Shown: positions 1 through 7,744 of the stretch, piece by piece
Numbering within the stretch: the first letter of the stretch is position 1
Layout: every line of letters begins with the position of its first letter
Assembly: GCA_029856125.1 (NCBI GenBank)
Contig: JAHQWJ010000005.1
Location: 1-11,586, forward strand
Direction of reading: 5' to 3'
From: Promethearchaeia archaeon
Lineage (GTDB): Archaea; Asgardarchaeota; Lokiarchaeia; Sigyniarchaeales; SOKP01
Length of the DNA: 11,586 bases
Notes under the pieces: model-generated
The model's input: the letters and a program-made list of their open reading frames with translations, nothing else
What the model was told of the DNA's origin: nothing
Databases searched by the model: none
Position numbers and translations under genes: made by a program

Positions 1-8
1 GATTAAAA

Positions 9-1040
9 ATGAATTACTTACCAACTTCTTTGATTTTTATTGGTTATTCCGTTTTAACTTTCATTTATGTAATAAAAAATAGAAACGAGAAAATCAAAAA
101 CCACTTATTCTTAAATGAGATATTAATCGTCATATTATTTTTAGCAGCAGGATTTTTATTTCCTTTTATGCTTCAGTATCACTCGCCGTATTTGCCATTG
201 AAGACATTGAGTTTCTTATGGTTCTTGACCTCTTTAATTTTTTTAATTGAGATGAGCGTATGGATTACCACTTTACTTTATAATGCAATTATCTCTAAAA
301 AAAATCCTGAAATTATGGCAGAAAGGGATTATAATAATTACCGTGTTAAAGTGACTGATAGATGGATTGACGATTTTAAGAGCGAATTCGGGAGAAAACT
401 TCTACATTTATTTACTACATTTGTTATCCTTTTTTTTTGGTCGCTAGGAACCATTCTTGAAAATTTAGGCATTTTAAGTCAATTTGATTTAGATAACTAC
501 AGCTTTTCTCATTGGTTAATAATTACTATAGGATTTGGGTTTGTTATAATGTTTCAAGTTGCTGATCTTACCCGTCTAAATAAATTCTATATGCTTCCAA
601 ATTGGGCTAAGCGCTGGTTTTTATCGATAAGACCAGAGGAGCTCAATACTTTTGTAGCGTCTACACCTCTAGTTTTATCATTAATACCTTTTATTTTTGC
701 CCCATTTCCTATCTTGGCTTCAGTAGCATTAATAACTACGGGGGCAGATGCTTCTGCCTGCTTAATAGGTAAAAAATACGGATCTCATAGCCTAAAAAAA
801 AATTCTAAAAAAACAATTGAGGGATTTATAACTGGAGGTGTGGCTACATTTTTAATTGTTATAATAATAATGAATTTATATCACGTTTGGATGCCTGTGA
901 GTTTTGCAAAAATCTTACTTATGGCTACAGTATCAACAGTCTTATTCTTATTAGTCGATTTCTTTGCAAACCATATTTCGGACAATATTTTAAATCCGAT
1001 TTTAACGGGATTTGGTATGTGGTTAATCTTATTATTATAA
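9..1040 (+). CDS. CTP-dependent lipid kinase / cytidylyltransferase-family membrane protein (dolichol/phytol/DGK1 kinase-like)
   Basis: 343 aa multi-TM protein. It has E-x2-RK-x2-H (EFGRKLLH), the CTP-transferase-type motif GADASACLIGKKYG...KKTIEG and C-terminal SDNILNP (DDNxxIP-like). About 120 aa of hydrophobic N-terminal extension precede the core. Substrate cannot be determined from sequence. Confidence 0.8.
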   Translation: MNYLPTSLIFIGYSVLTFIYVIKNRNEKIKNHLFLNEILIVILFLAAGFLFPFMLQYHSPYLPLKTLSFLWFLTSLIFLIEMSVWITTLLYNAIISKKNPEIMAERDYNNYRVKVTDRWIDDFKSEFGRKLLHLFTTFVILFFWSLGTILENLGILSQFDLDNYSFSHWLIITIGFGFVIMFQVADLTRLNKFYMLPNWAKRWFLSIRPEELNTFVASTPLVLSLIPFIFAPFPILASVALITTGADASACLIGKKYGSHSLKKNSKKTIEGFITGGVATFLIVIIIMNLYHVWMPVSFAKILLMATVSTVLFLLVDFFANHISDNILNPILTGFGMWLILLL

Positions 1041-1054
1041 TTTATTCTGTAAGA

Positions 1055-1348
1055 TTATCCCCCAAAATAAAGATATAAAAAAGCTATGTCGTCTCCATCT
1101 TTTAAAATCTTTTCTAAAAAATGCTCGTCCCTAAAACTTCTACCATTTATGATTATTGAAAGGAAAGAACTAAATTCATTCTTTTTTTTTTTATCCCAGA
1201 GTAATTCATAGAATTTTTCGCCAAAATGCTCTTTAAAAAATGTTAACAATTCCATAACTGTTAACTCTTGGCCGAATTTAATGATTTTATTTGTACCTTT
1301 CGTAATTTCGTTAAATGGCGGTTCAAACCTAAACGTTAAGGATATCAC
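1055..1348 (-). CDS. MoaD/ThiS/SAMP/Urm1-family ubiquitin-like (beta-grasp) protein
   Basis: 97 aa with a GTG start. Family signature IIINGR...LKDGDDIAF and a C-terminal Gly-Gly directly before TAA. Confidence 0.9.
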   Translation of the reverse strand: MISLTFRFEPPFNEITKGTNKIIKFGQELTVMELLTFFKEHFGEKFYELLWDKKKKNEFSSFLSIIINGRSFRDEHFLEKILKDGDDIAFLYLYFGG

Positions 1349-1394
1349 TATTAAACAACTACTATACTTTCAAGAACTACTAAGAAGACTAAGA

Positions 1395-1433
1395 AATTAC
1401 CAATATTAAATATTGTTGGTAATTATATATAAA
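1395..1433. promoter_or_regulatory. Inverted repeat (putative operator) abutting a TATA box in the Ubl/thyA divergent intergenic region
   Basis: AATTACCAA (1395-1403) and TTGGTAATT (1416-1424) are perfect inverted arms, with nested CAATATT-A-AATATTG (1401-1415). TTTATATA lies on the minus strand at 1426-1433. Confidence 0.5.
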
Positions 1434-1601
1434 AAATTGAATATCTAATTAGATACACTCAATTAACACCCTTCAATTTAATTGGGGATGTGTATAATGA
1501 GTTTATGTAATGGAATAAAATCAGCTTTGTTAAGGTTTTAACAATTAGATTCTAATAGAATAAAAATAAGATTTTTAGTGAATCTTTTAAGGTTTTAGAA
1601 T

Positions 1602-2609
1602 ATGGCTCAAGTAATTTTTATTTCAGAAAAAACAGTTCGGGACGCTTGGCTTTCAGCTGTAGCTCAAGTTTTATACAATGGAGATAACATTAGAACTGAA
1701 TACGATAAAAACGAAGACCCTCCCTCCAAAGATGCTACAGTACTAATCGAAATAGAAAACCCCATGAGCAATCCTATTTCTCGGAAAGATAAAGTAGTGA
1801 AAATCAAATCAAAATATGGAAATTCATTCGAAGTTTACGGCTGTATGGCAGATACTTACTTGATAGGATCCATCCAAAGCGGCTACATTGAAGAAATCAT
1901 GGAGGGCGCAAACGATCATTATTTATGGGAGTCGGAAACGAGTTTTCCATATTCGTACCACGATAGAATATTTAAATATACACCTTATTCTTTGGAGGAT
2001 TCTATCCATATAAATTACGATTTAGAATTCGTTGATAATAATTTCGTAAGGGAGCACAAAAAACTATTGAAAGCAGGCAAAGTTCAAATTAGTGATGATT
2101 CTAGTATCTGGAAATTAAAGCATTTAGTTGATTTTAATTTAAATAAAAATATAGCAGACCAAGTAGGAATTCAAAAAATACCCATCGAAGTAATTAATTT
2201 CCCAAAAATAGATCAAATTGAATATATAATTAAAAAGTTAAAAGAAACACCGTATTCACGTAGAGCTCAAGCAATAACTTGGCGACCGCTTGTCGATCCA
2301 TTTCACATTGATCCTCCTTGTCTTCAGAGGATTTATATGCGAGTAAAAGATGAGAAATTAATCATGCAAACAACTTGGAGGAGTAGAGATTTATTTAGAG
2401 CGTGGGAAGCAAATGTAAATGGAATGATTCGAATCCAAAAATATGTCGCCGATCAACTTGGATTAGAAATGGGACACTACTTAGATTTTAGTAATTCTTT
2501 GCATATTTACGGTAATACGATATCTGATGTTAAAGACATGTTTACAAGAATGAGAAATAGAGGAGAAGAATTTCCTGAAGATGTAATTGAGCTATTAGAA
2601 CAAGAATAA
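1602..2609 (+). CDS. thyA: Thymidylate synthase, archaeal ThyA type, with internal insertion
   Basis: Motifs YSYHDR, IDQI, SRRA, catalytic PPC (Cys240), RSRD, the dUMP-specifying Asn in WEAN, and SLHIY. Confidence 0.88.
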   Translation: MAQVIFISEKTVRDAWLSAVAQVLYNGDNIRTEYDKNEDPPSKDATVLIEIENPMSNPISRKDKVVKIKSKYGNSFEVYGCMADTYLIGSIQSGYIEEIMEGANDHYLWESETSFPYSYHDRIFKYTPYSLEDSIHINYDLEFVDNNFVREHKKLLKAGKVQISDDSSIWKLKHLVDFNLNKNIADQVGIQKIPIEVINFPKIDQIEYIIKKLKETPYSRRAQAITWRPLVDPFHIDPPCLQRIYMRVKDEKLIMQTTWRSRDLFRAWEANVNGMIRIQKYVADQLGLEMGHYLDFSNSLHIYGNTISDVKDMFTRMRNRGEEFPEDVIELLEQE

Positions 2610-2654
2610 AATTGAAAAGGATTTAAATAAAAATAAAAAAATAAAGAAAATTCT
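2610..2654 (-). terminator. Putative oligo-T archaeal terminator downstream of cdhA
   Basis: The minus strand reads TTTTCTTTATTTTTTTATTTTTATTT just after the cdhA TAA, between convergent genes. Confidence 0.5.
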
Positions 2655-5003
2655 TTATACATGACATAATCTTTTGAGCAAAGTTGGATCAATTATTTCT
2701 TTTGGTTTCCAACCTTTTTCTTTCAAAAATGCTACAATTTCGTCTTTCATATTAATAGGAATATCCGCTTCTACTCGAATAAATTTCTCTAAATCGTTTG
2801 GAAAGTCTACTCCCTTGTATTTCCGCTCTAAGTCCATCCAATGAGATATTTTAATCATTCTACCTTTTGAATTATCTGCTGGTCTTAAACACATTTTGGC
2901 CACTAAGCATATCGCTTGTTCAATAGATTCAGCTGTCACTAATAAATGTTCTGGTCCTGGTCCAACTACATGGTCAGCAGTTCCATCTCTTGCGTTATAT
3001 ACTTTCCACGAATCTTCGTTGTCAGATCGACCAATATACGCGCGTCGATATTCTGCAGCATGTGGACCCACTACGGCTGGAACGCCTACACTATTTGCCA
3101 TACTGGCTATACTGGCAGCTTTTTGAGACATAGCACCCCACGCAACGCCGACAGCTCCAACTCTATGTAAGATATAATCGGAAATTTCTTCGAAGTTACC
3201 TCGTAACGGACGTCTTGCAAAAATATTTGCTACTTTTATCGCAGCACCAGTAATGTGTGGATTTGAAACGCAAGAACCAACATTTACTAATCCGCCTCTG
3301 TCAAAATCGCCAGGAAATCTATCGTAAAGCGTATTACCATCCTCATCCTTTACTAAACCGATATCCATAGCCCCACAACCGGAAACTACTACAATATAAT
3401 TCCTTATGCAGAATTCTTCGGCAAGTTTATATAGTTCTTGAATATCCTTTCCATAAGCTGCACATCCAATAATCGCTACAATCCCCGGTATTTCTCCTAG
3501 TACGATCGGAGCTCCAACATTTCGAATCTCTGTATCTTGTATAGGTCCTCGTCCTACTCGAACATGAAACTTCTCATTTCTGATTTTATCTCTTCCTGCA
3601 TACATTATAAGCGTTAGGGGAGATACATCTTTCATACAATCGGCTTCACAGCGCCCACAATCTAAACAATCGTCAAAAACACGCTCTAATACTGAAAAAT
3701 CACCTTCTTTCACTAATCGAACTCCCTCAACAAGGGGTAAATCGTTAGGACAATTGCGTTGACAATTACCGCATCCATTACAGTTGTAGGCCATTTGGAT
3801 ACAACCTTCCTCGTCGGGAATAGCGCTTCGAGATTTTCTAATTGGGCGAACTTTAATTGCCGTTTCAACAGCCACCTTTCCTGCCTTTATTGGATCTAAA
3901 ATTAATACTCCCTTCATTTTACCACTAACTAAATCATCTATTATTTCTTCTGCAGGATCGTCTGTTCTATTTGGTAAGCCCCCCATATTTTTTTCGTTAG
4001 TAGCAATAAATGGTGCTCCTACCAGTTGGGCTTGCTCAAAACTTCGAAGATTGACACACTGTTCATCGACCATGACTACATCTGCCAAACCGGAGCGAAT
4101 AAAGTGCATTTGTCTAGACATTGATCCAACGACTTTGGCTCCATCATAATACCTGGTTAAATCTAAGGCAGTACAACAAATTGCTCCTACATCTAGTTTG
4201 TCTCCTAAGTTATGTTCTCGCATATAATCAACAAGTTCTACTCCAGGCGCAACATTATGCCCTATCATTAATATTGTTGCTTTATTTTCAGTGTCCATGG
4301 TTCCCATGCCTAATTCTACTATAGGTACGTCTGCTTCTCCAGCGGGAAATCCATACGCAGCAATTTGAACAGCGTCTGAGATTTCCATACCAACTGAATC
4401 TGCTAAACCAGCTAAAAAGCTCTTAGCTTCGTAATCTAAATGATTTGATTCTTGTCCTGTATGACCAGCAGCAAGCAAATGTGTAATTGTAAAATGCACC
4501 CATTCCATCGCCGTTTCTAAATCTTCAAGAGTTTCAGGCTTCATACCTACAACAAGTCGGGTATGTGGCATTTCTACAGCAATATTATTACCAAAATTTA
4601 TTGGAATATTACCATATTTCTCTTTGAGCCAGTGAAGTAAATGATCTCCGTGCGCAGAATGACATGAAGCGCCTATACAACAAGCGATTTCTACTATCCT
4701 TGCTTGCTGTGTTTCCATGTTAATTCCGCAAGCACCTGTTCTACCCTTCGAAAGATTACACTTCCCATACGTACAAAGGCAACACATGTCGCAAATAGGC
4801 ATGTAGTATGGAGGATATCTATCCATGAGTTTAAAGAACCAGTCTCGTAATGTGGGAATATGAGGTTTTGGGGTTGGTCCCATTGGTTCCCATTCCGTTT
4901 CGTCTCCCCAGCTTACTTTCCCAGTTGTTAATTCAAAGCCTTTAATTGAACCCAAAGGTCCTTTATATTCGTCGATTTTTATTCTTGCTCCTTTTTTACT
5001 CAT
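2655..5003 (-). CDS. cdhA: Acetyl-CoA decarbonylase/synthase (CODH/ACS) alpha subunit, archaeal Ni-CO dehydrogenase
   Basis: N-terminal CDMCCLCTYGKC...GACG (B/D clusters). C-cluster ligand motifs GHN, ICCT, DEQC, IGC, SGC, GSC and WGAMSQK. Two ferredoxin-like motifs, CNGCGNCQRNCP and CLDCGRCEADC, typical of archaeal CdhA. Start placed at ATG 5003 because the track's GTG at 5012 looks like part of an SD-like GTGA 6 nt upstream; 5012 remains possible. Confidence 0.96.
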   Translation of the reverse strand: MSKKGARIKIDEYKGPLGSIKGFELTTGKVSWGDETEWEPMGPTPKPHIPTLRDWFFKLMDRYPPYYMPICDMCCLCTYGKCNLSKGRTGACGINMETQQARIVEIACCIGASCHSAHGDHLLHWLKEKYGNIPINFGNNIAVEMPHTRLVVGMKPETLEDLETAMEWVHFTITHLLAAGHTGQESNHLDYEAKSFLAGLADSVGMEISDAVQIAAYGFPAGEADVPIVELGMGTMDTENKATILMIGHNVAPGVELVDYMREHNLGDKLDVGAICCTALDLTRYYDGAKVVGSMSRQMHFIRSGLADVVMVDEQCVNLRSFEQAQLVGAPFIATNEKNMGGLPNRTDDPAEEIIDDLVSGKMKGVLILDPIKAGKVAVETAIKVRPIRKSRSAIPDEEGCIQMAYNCNGCGNCQRNCPNDLPLVEGVRLVKEGDFSVLERVFDDCLDCGRCEADCMKDVSPLTLIMYAGRDKIRNEKFHVRVGRGPIQDTEIRNVGAPIVLGEIPGIVAIIGCAAYGKDIQELYKLAEEFCIRNYIVVVSGCGAMDIGLVKDEDGNTLYDRFPGDFDRGGLVNVGSCVSNPHITGAAIKVANIFARRPLRGNFEEISDYILHRVGAVGVAWGAMSQKAASIASMANSVGVPAVVGPHAAEYRRAYIGRSDNEDSWKVYNARDGTADHVVGPGPEHLLVTAESIEQAICLVAKMCLRPADNSKGRMIKISHWMDLERKYKGVDFPNDLEKFIRVEADIPINMKDEIVAFLKEKGWKPKEIIDPTLLKRLCHV

Positions 5004-5113
5004 CCATTTCACTTCTTCTTTTATAATATATAGATCTGAATAATGATTCTTTCTTATTAAAGTCTAATTAATCCTTATTTAAATCAATAACAACGCAATT
5101 ATAAGTGTTATAT

Positions 5114-5869
5114 TTAAAAAATTCTAGGAAAAATCTTTCTTGTATTTTCTTCAATTTGTCTTTCTAATTCATCTGAATTAATTTCTTTTAGCGTTGAAAT
5201 AGAATTTAACACGTTTTTAACCATTGCCGGAACGCCTATTCTTCCGGAATATTTCACTGGACCATCGCTTTCCAAAAGAAGGTGTTCTTTATCAACATTT
5301 AAAACGACTTTCTTTACAACTGGCGAATAACTAATTGCTGGTGTAATTGAGAAATAATATCCTCTATCCATACCAAGTTTTAAATAATTCTCAGGTCCTG
5401 AATACCAATGAATGTTGACATTGGGGATTTTATAAGAGGGTAAGGTATCAAAAACTATCTTTTCAGCACCTTTTGTATGGAGATTAACTGGGAGTTCCAA
5501 ATCTTGAGCAAGTGATAGCATTTTATTAAAAATAGTCTTTTGAAGAGGATATAGCTCCTTATCTTTAACGAAGTGATGATCTAGACCAATCTCACCAATA
5601 GCACATATATTTTGTTTATTTTGTTTAATTAAGTCATTTATTGAATCTAGTTGTTGTTCGATTTTCTTGTTCATTGTCACTTCTTCAGGATGGATTCCTA
5701 ACGAAGCATAAATCTCAGAATGTTTATTAGCGATCTCTAAAACTCTCTCTTGGCTTATGGAACTCATTGCTACAGCAATTATTTTCTCAACCCCAACTTC
5801 TTGGGCATTTTTAATAACTTTATCAACAGTTAGATAGAGATTGATATGGCAGTGAACATCAATTAAAAT
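5114..5869 (-). CDS. tatD: TatD-family metal-dependent nuclease/hydrolase (about 251 aa, probable ATT start)
   Basis: Motifs GEIGLD, LHT, IHWYSG and LESDGP. The frame extends 34 codons upstream of the track's ATG (5767) and encodes ILIDVHCH, the N-terminal metal-binding HxH. It is closed by TAA at 5872-5870, with GGTGA at 5880-5876. Confidence 0.92.
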   Translation of the reverse strand: MLIDVHCHINLYLTVDKVIKNAQEVGVEKIIAVAMSSISQERVLEIANKHSEIYASLGIHPEEVTMNKKIEQQLDSINDLIKQNKQNICAIGEIGLDHHFVKDKELYPLQKTIFNKMLSLAQDLELPVNLHTKGAEKIVFDTLPSYKIPNVNIHWYSGPENYLKLGMDRGYYFSITPAISYSPVVKKVVLNVDKEHLLLESDGPVKYSGRIGVPAMVKNVLNSISTLKEINSDELERQIEENTRKIFPRIF

Positions 5870-5913
5870 TTATTATCACCAATAGTAGATAAGATGAGAT
5901 GATTATAATTTTA

Positions 5914-6249
5914 TTACATTCGATTTATTTCAGCTCTTAAGTGAACGATTTTTTTCACTAAATCAAATTTACCCCGGGGATATTTTTGATTATCTAAATA
6001 ATCCATTAACTGTTCTAATTCCTTTAACAAGTAATTCTTTATATCATCTTTAGTTACATTACCCAAAATTTTAGGTAATGGTTCAAATTTTTCGGTTCTT
6101 TTTATCCTTAAAGCAGAGATCGTTTTAGCTAACGAAGCCTGAAAACCTTTTGATTGAGATGGATCAGCCCCATCAAGCATATCTAGAGACGTTTTTAAAC
6201 CGTTGATAAACGATTCTAAATCGCTAATGTCAATCTTATAATCGCTCAT
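5914..6249 (-). CDS. Hypothetical protein, 111 aa, probably helical and co-transcribed with tatD
   Basis: ATG start, fills the gap between same-strand genes, TATA-like TTATATAAAA about 30 nt upstream, amphipathic composition. No motif recognised. Confidence 0.7.
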   Translation of the reverse strand: MSDYKIDISDLESFINGLKTSLDMLDGADPSQSKGFQASLAKTISALRIKRTEKFEPLPKILGNVTKDDIKNYLLKELEQLMDYLDNQKYPRGKFDLVKKIVHLRAEINRM

Positions 6250-6333
6250 TAAAATAAACCAAAATAATAGGGTTAATTTTTATATAACCTAGAAAGAGTT
6301 CTATTATTTATAATTCATCATATAGATATAATT

Positions 6334-7128
6334 TTAAAACGATTCTAAGGAGAAATCCGATCTTCCCTCTAAATTAAATTCGTTAAAAAATAGGTGCGCC
6401 AAAGAATTTAATGTTTTTTCTCTTAATTCTTCATCATAAAGACGAATTGCATCTGAAAATTCTATCTGCATAGTTTGGCTGTCTTTAATTCGACTTGCTC
6501 CGTAATTCTGTACTATGTATCCACCTTTTAACACGTATTCTCTTCTGCTGGGAAGACCAGGAGCGATGGGGATGTTTAATTCATTGAATTTCTTTACAAT
6601 TTTGCCACGGAAATTTTTACCCCTATCCTGCTTAGGTATTTTATCTTTAAACATAGATTCCAAATTATTAGTACCTAAAACTAATTCTACATCCCGAAAT
6701 CCTTTAGGTCTATTTGCTTTATCAAAACCGTGAATATCAATCAGTAACGATCGTTTAAATTTGGTTAAATTGTAAGAAATTAACTCACGAATCTTATTAT
6801 GGTAAGATTGGTATATTTCTCTAGCCAAATTAGATTTTACATGAAATGCTTCTGATTCTTTTCTGTTAAAATCTATTTTCACTCTTTCAACTTTGGATAT
6901 TATATAAGAAGGTGATTTAATATCTTTGGAGTTTATCTTAAAAAGGTTATTTATATTTTCGATTAAATTAAATGCTAACTTAACTGTATCCTTGTCTACT
7001 CCATAAATACCACTTGTCCTATCAGGAATGTTTTCAAATTTGAAAGTACCGCCGTGAGGAACTGAGAAAATTAGAGGAATTGTTCCCTTTCTGTATTCAA
7101 CATAATCTTTAATACTAACGAACTTCAC
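6334..7128 (-). CDS. N-formylglutamate amidohydrolase family protein (Zn-dependent exopeptidase-like fold)
   Basis: Motifs SVPHGG, IDFNR, YHNKI, LLIDIHGF and MQIEF. Start uncertain because the GTG is embedded in GAGGTGA. Confidence 0.8.
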   Translation of the reverse strand: MKFVSIKDYVEYRKGTIPLIFSVPHGGTFKFENIPDRTSGIYGVDKDTVKLAFNLIENINNLFKINSKDIKSPSYIISKVERVKIDFNRKESEAFHVKSNLAREIYQSYHNKIRELISYNLTKFKRSLLIDIHGFDKANRPKGFRDVELVLGTNNLESMFKDKIPKQDRGKNFRGKIVKKFNELNIPIAPGLPSRREYVLKGGYIVQNYGASRIKDSQTMQIEFSDAIRLYDEELREKTLNSLAHLFFNEFNLEGRSDFSLESF

Positions 7129-7195
7129 CTCTAATTCAATTTATATTGTCTATAGTAGAAATGAAATAAAATATAAAAAAATAAGTTTAGGTATA

Positions 7196-7645
7196 CTACG
7201 TTATTGTAAGCGCGCGTAGTATCATAAACACAACCAGCCACACTGTAAATCCTAAAATACCAAAAATATAGTAAGACCAAATATTTTTGTCCTTTACAAA
7301 GACTTCATGGCAAAATATCCATGATACTATTGCACCTAAAGTCCCGATTATTAAGTCAGTTGTTATGTTCTGCCAGCTATCGGGGCGTCCTTCAAATTTC
7401 CAGCCAAGATCAATAAATAAGAAATGCTCTAAAAGCTCCCACAGGACTAAAATAATCAGAGTTAAAATGAACACAAAGAGTAGTGAAAAGAGGGGTGTTT
7501 TTCCTTTATGTTTAGAGATAGTATAAAATAAGCTAAAAAAAAGGAACACGCCAATTCCAAAACAGAAGTGACCGATCGAGTAAAAATCGAACCACGCAAT
7601 ACCTACATTGGAAGGATCTATAGCAAATAATTCTACAAAAAGCAT
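7196..7645 (-). CDS. Membrane protein, DUF2585/VanZ-like (H...WExxE...DSxxN..D), 149 aa
   Basis: About 4 TM segments with DFYSIGHFCFG, LWELLEH and DSWQNITTD. Start reassigned to ATG 7645 (GTGA 8 nt upstream), since the track's start at 7780 overlaps the divergent gene and promoter. Confidence 0.7.
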   Translation of the reverse strand: MLFVELFAIDPSNVGIAWFDFYSIGHFCFGIGVFLFFSLFYTISKHKGKTPLFSLLFVFILTLIILVLWELLEHFLFIDLGWKFEGRPDSWQNITTDLIIGTLGAIVSWIFCHEVFVKDKNIWSYYIFGILGFTVWLVVFMILRALTIT

Positions 7646-7720
7646 AATTTTCTCACATTTTTGTTTTATTACTTCATTTATGTAATATAATTTTAATTTA
7701 TGATAGATTCTATATTCTAA

Positions 7721-7740
7721 ATATAAAATTAGTTTTATAT
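7721..7740. promoter_or_regulatory. Palindrome ATATAAAA-N4-TTTTATAT in divergent promoter region
   Basis: Perfect 8-bp arms ending 4 nt before the TTG start at 7745. AT-only, so it could be chance. Confidence 0.35.
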
Positions 7741-7744
7741 AGCT

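Noticed and set aside
887-1078. 63 aa + strand ORF from the track
   Set aside because: Out-of-frame overlap with the kinase gene and the Ubl 3' end; no motif.
1372-1396. Short AAGAA/ACTAAGAA repeats as a CRISPR or tandem repeat remnant
   Set aside because: Only 2-3 short low-complexity units with no spacer structure.
1980-2204. Intein or intron in thyA
   Set aside because: The frame is open, no intein splice-junction residues are present, and no bulge-helix-bulge was recognised.
1602-2609. Phage-type base-modifying ThyA paralog (dCMP hydroxymethylase)
   Set aside because: Retains the dUMP-specifying Asn, and the context is cellular housekeeping with no viral genes.
2507-4324. Short ORFs 2507-2692, 2896-3126, 2946-3170 and 4121-4324
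   Set aside because: Shadow ORFs overlapping the well-supported thyA and cdhA genes.
2655-5003. Visibly higher GC in cdhA as a sign of horizontal transfer
   Set aside because: Explained by Gly/Ala/Cys-rich composition; no mobility genes or flanking repeats.
6515-7526. Short + strand ORFs 6515-6733 and 7287-7526
   Set aside because: Antisense to supported genes; no motifs.
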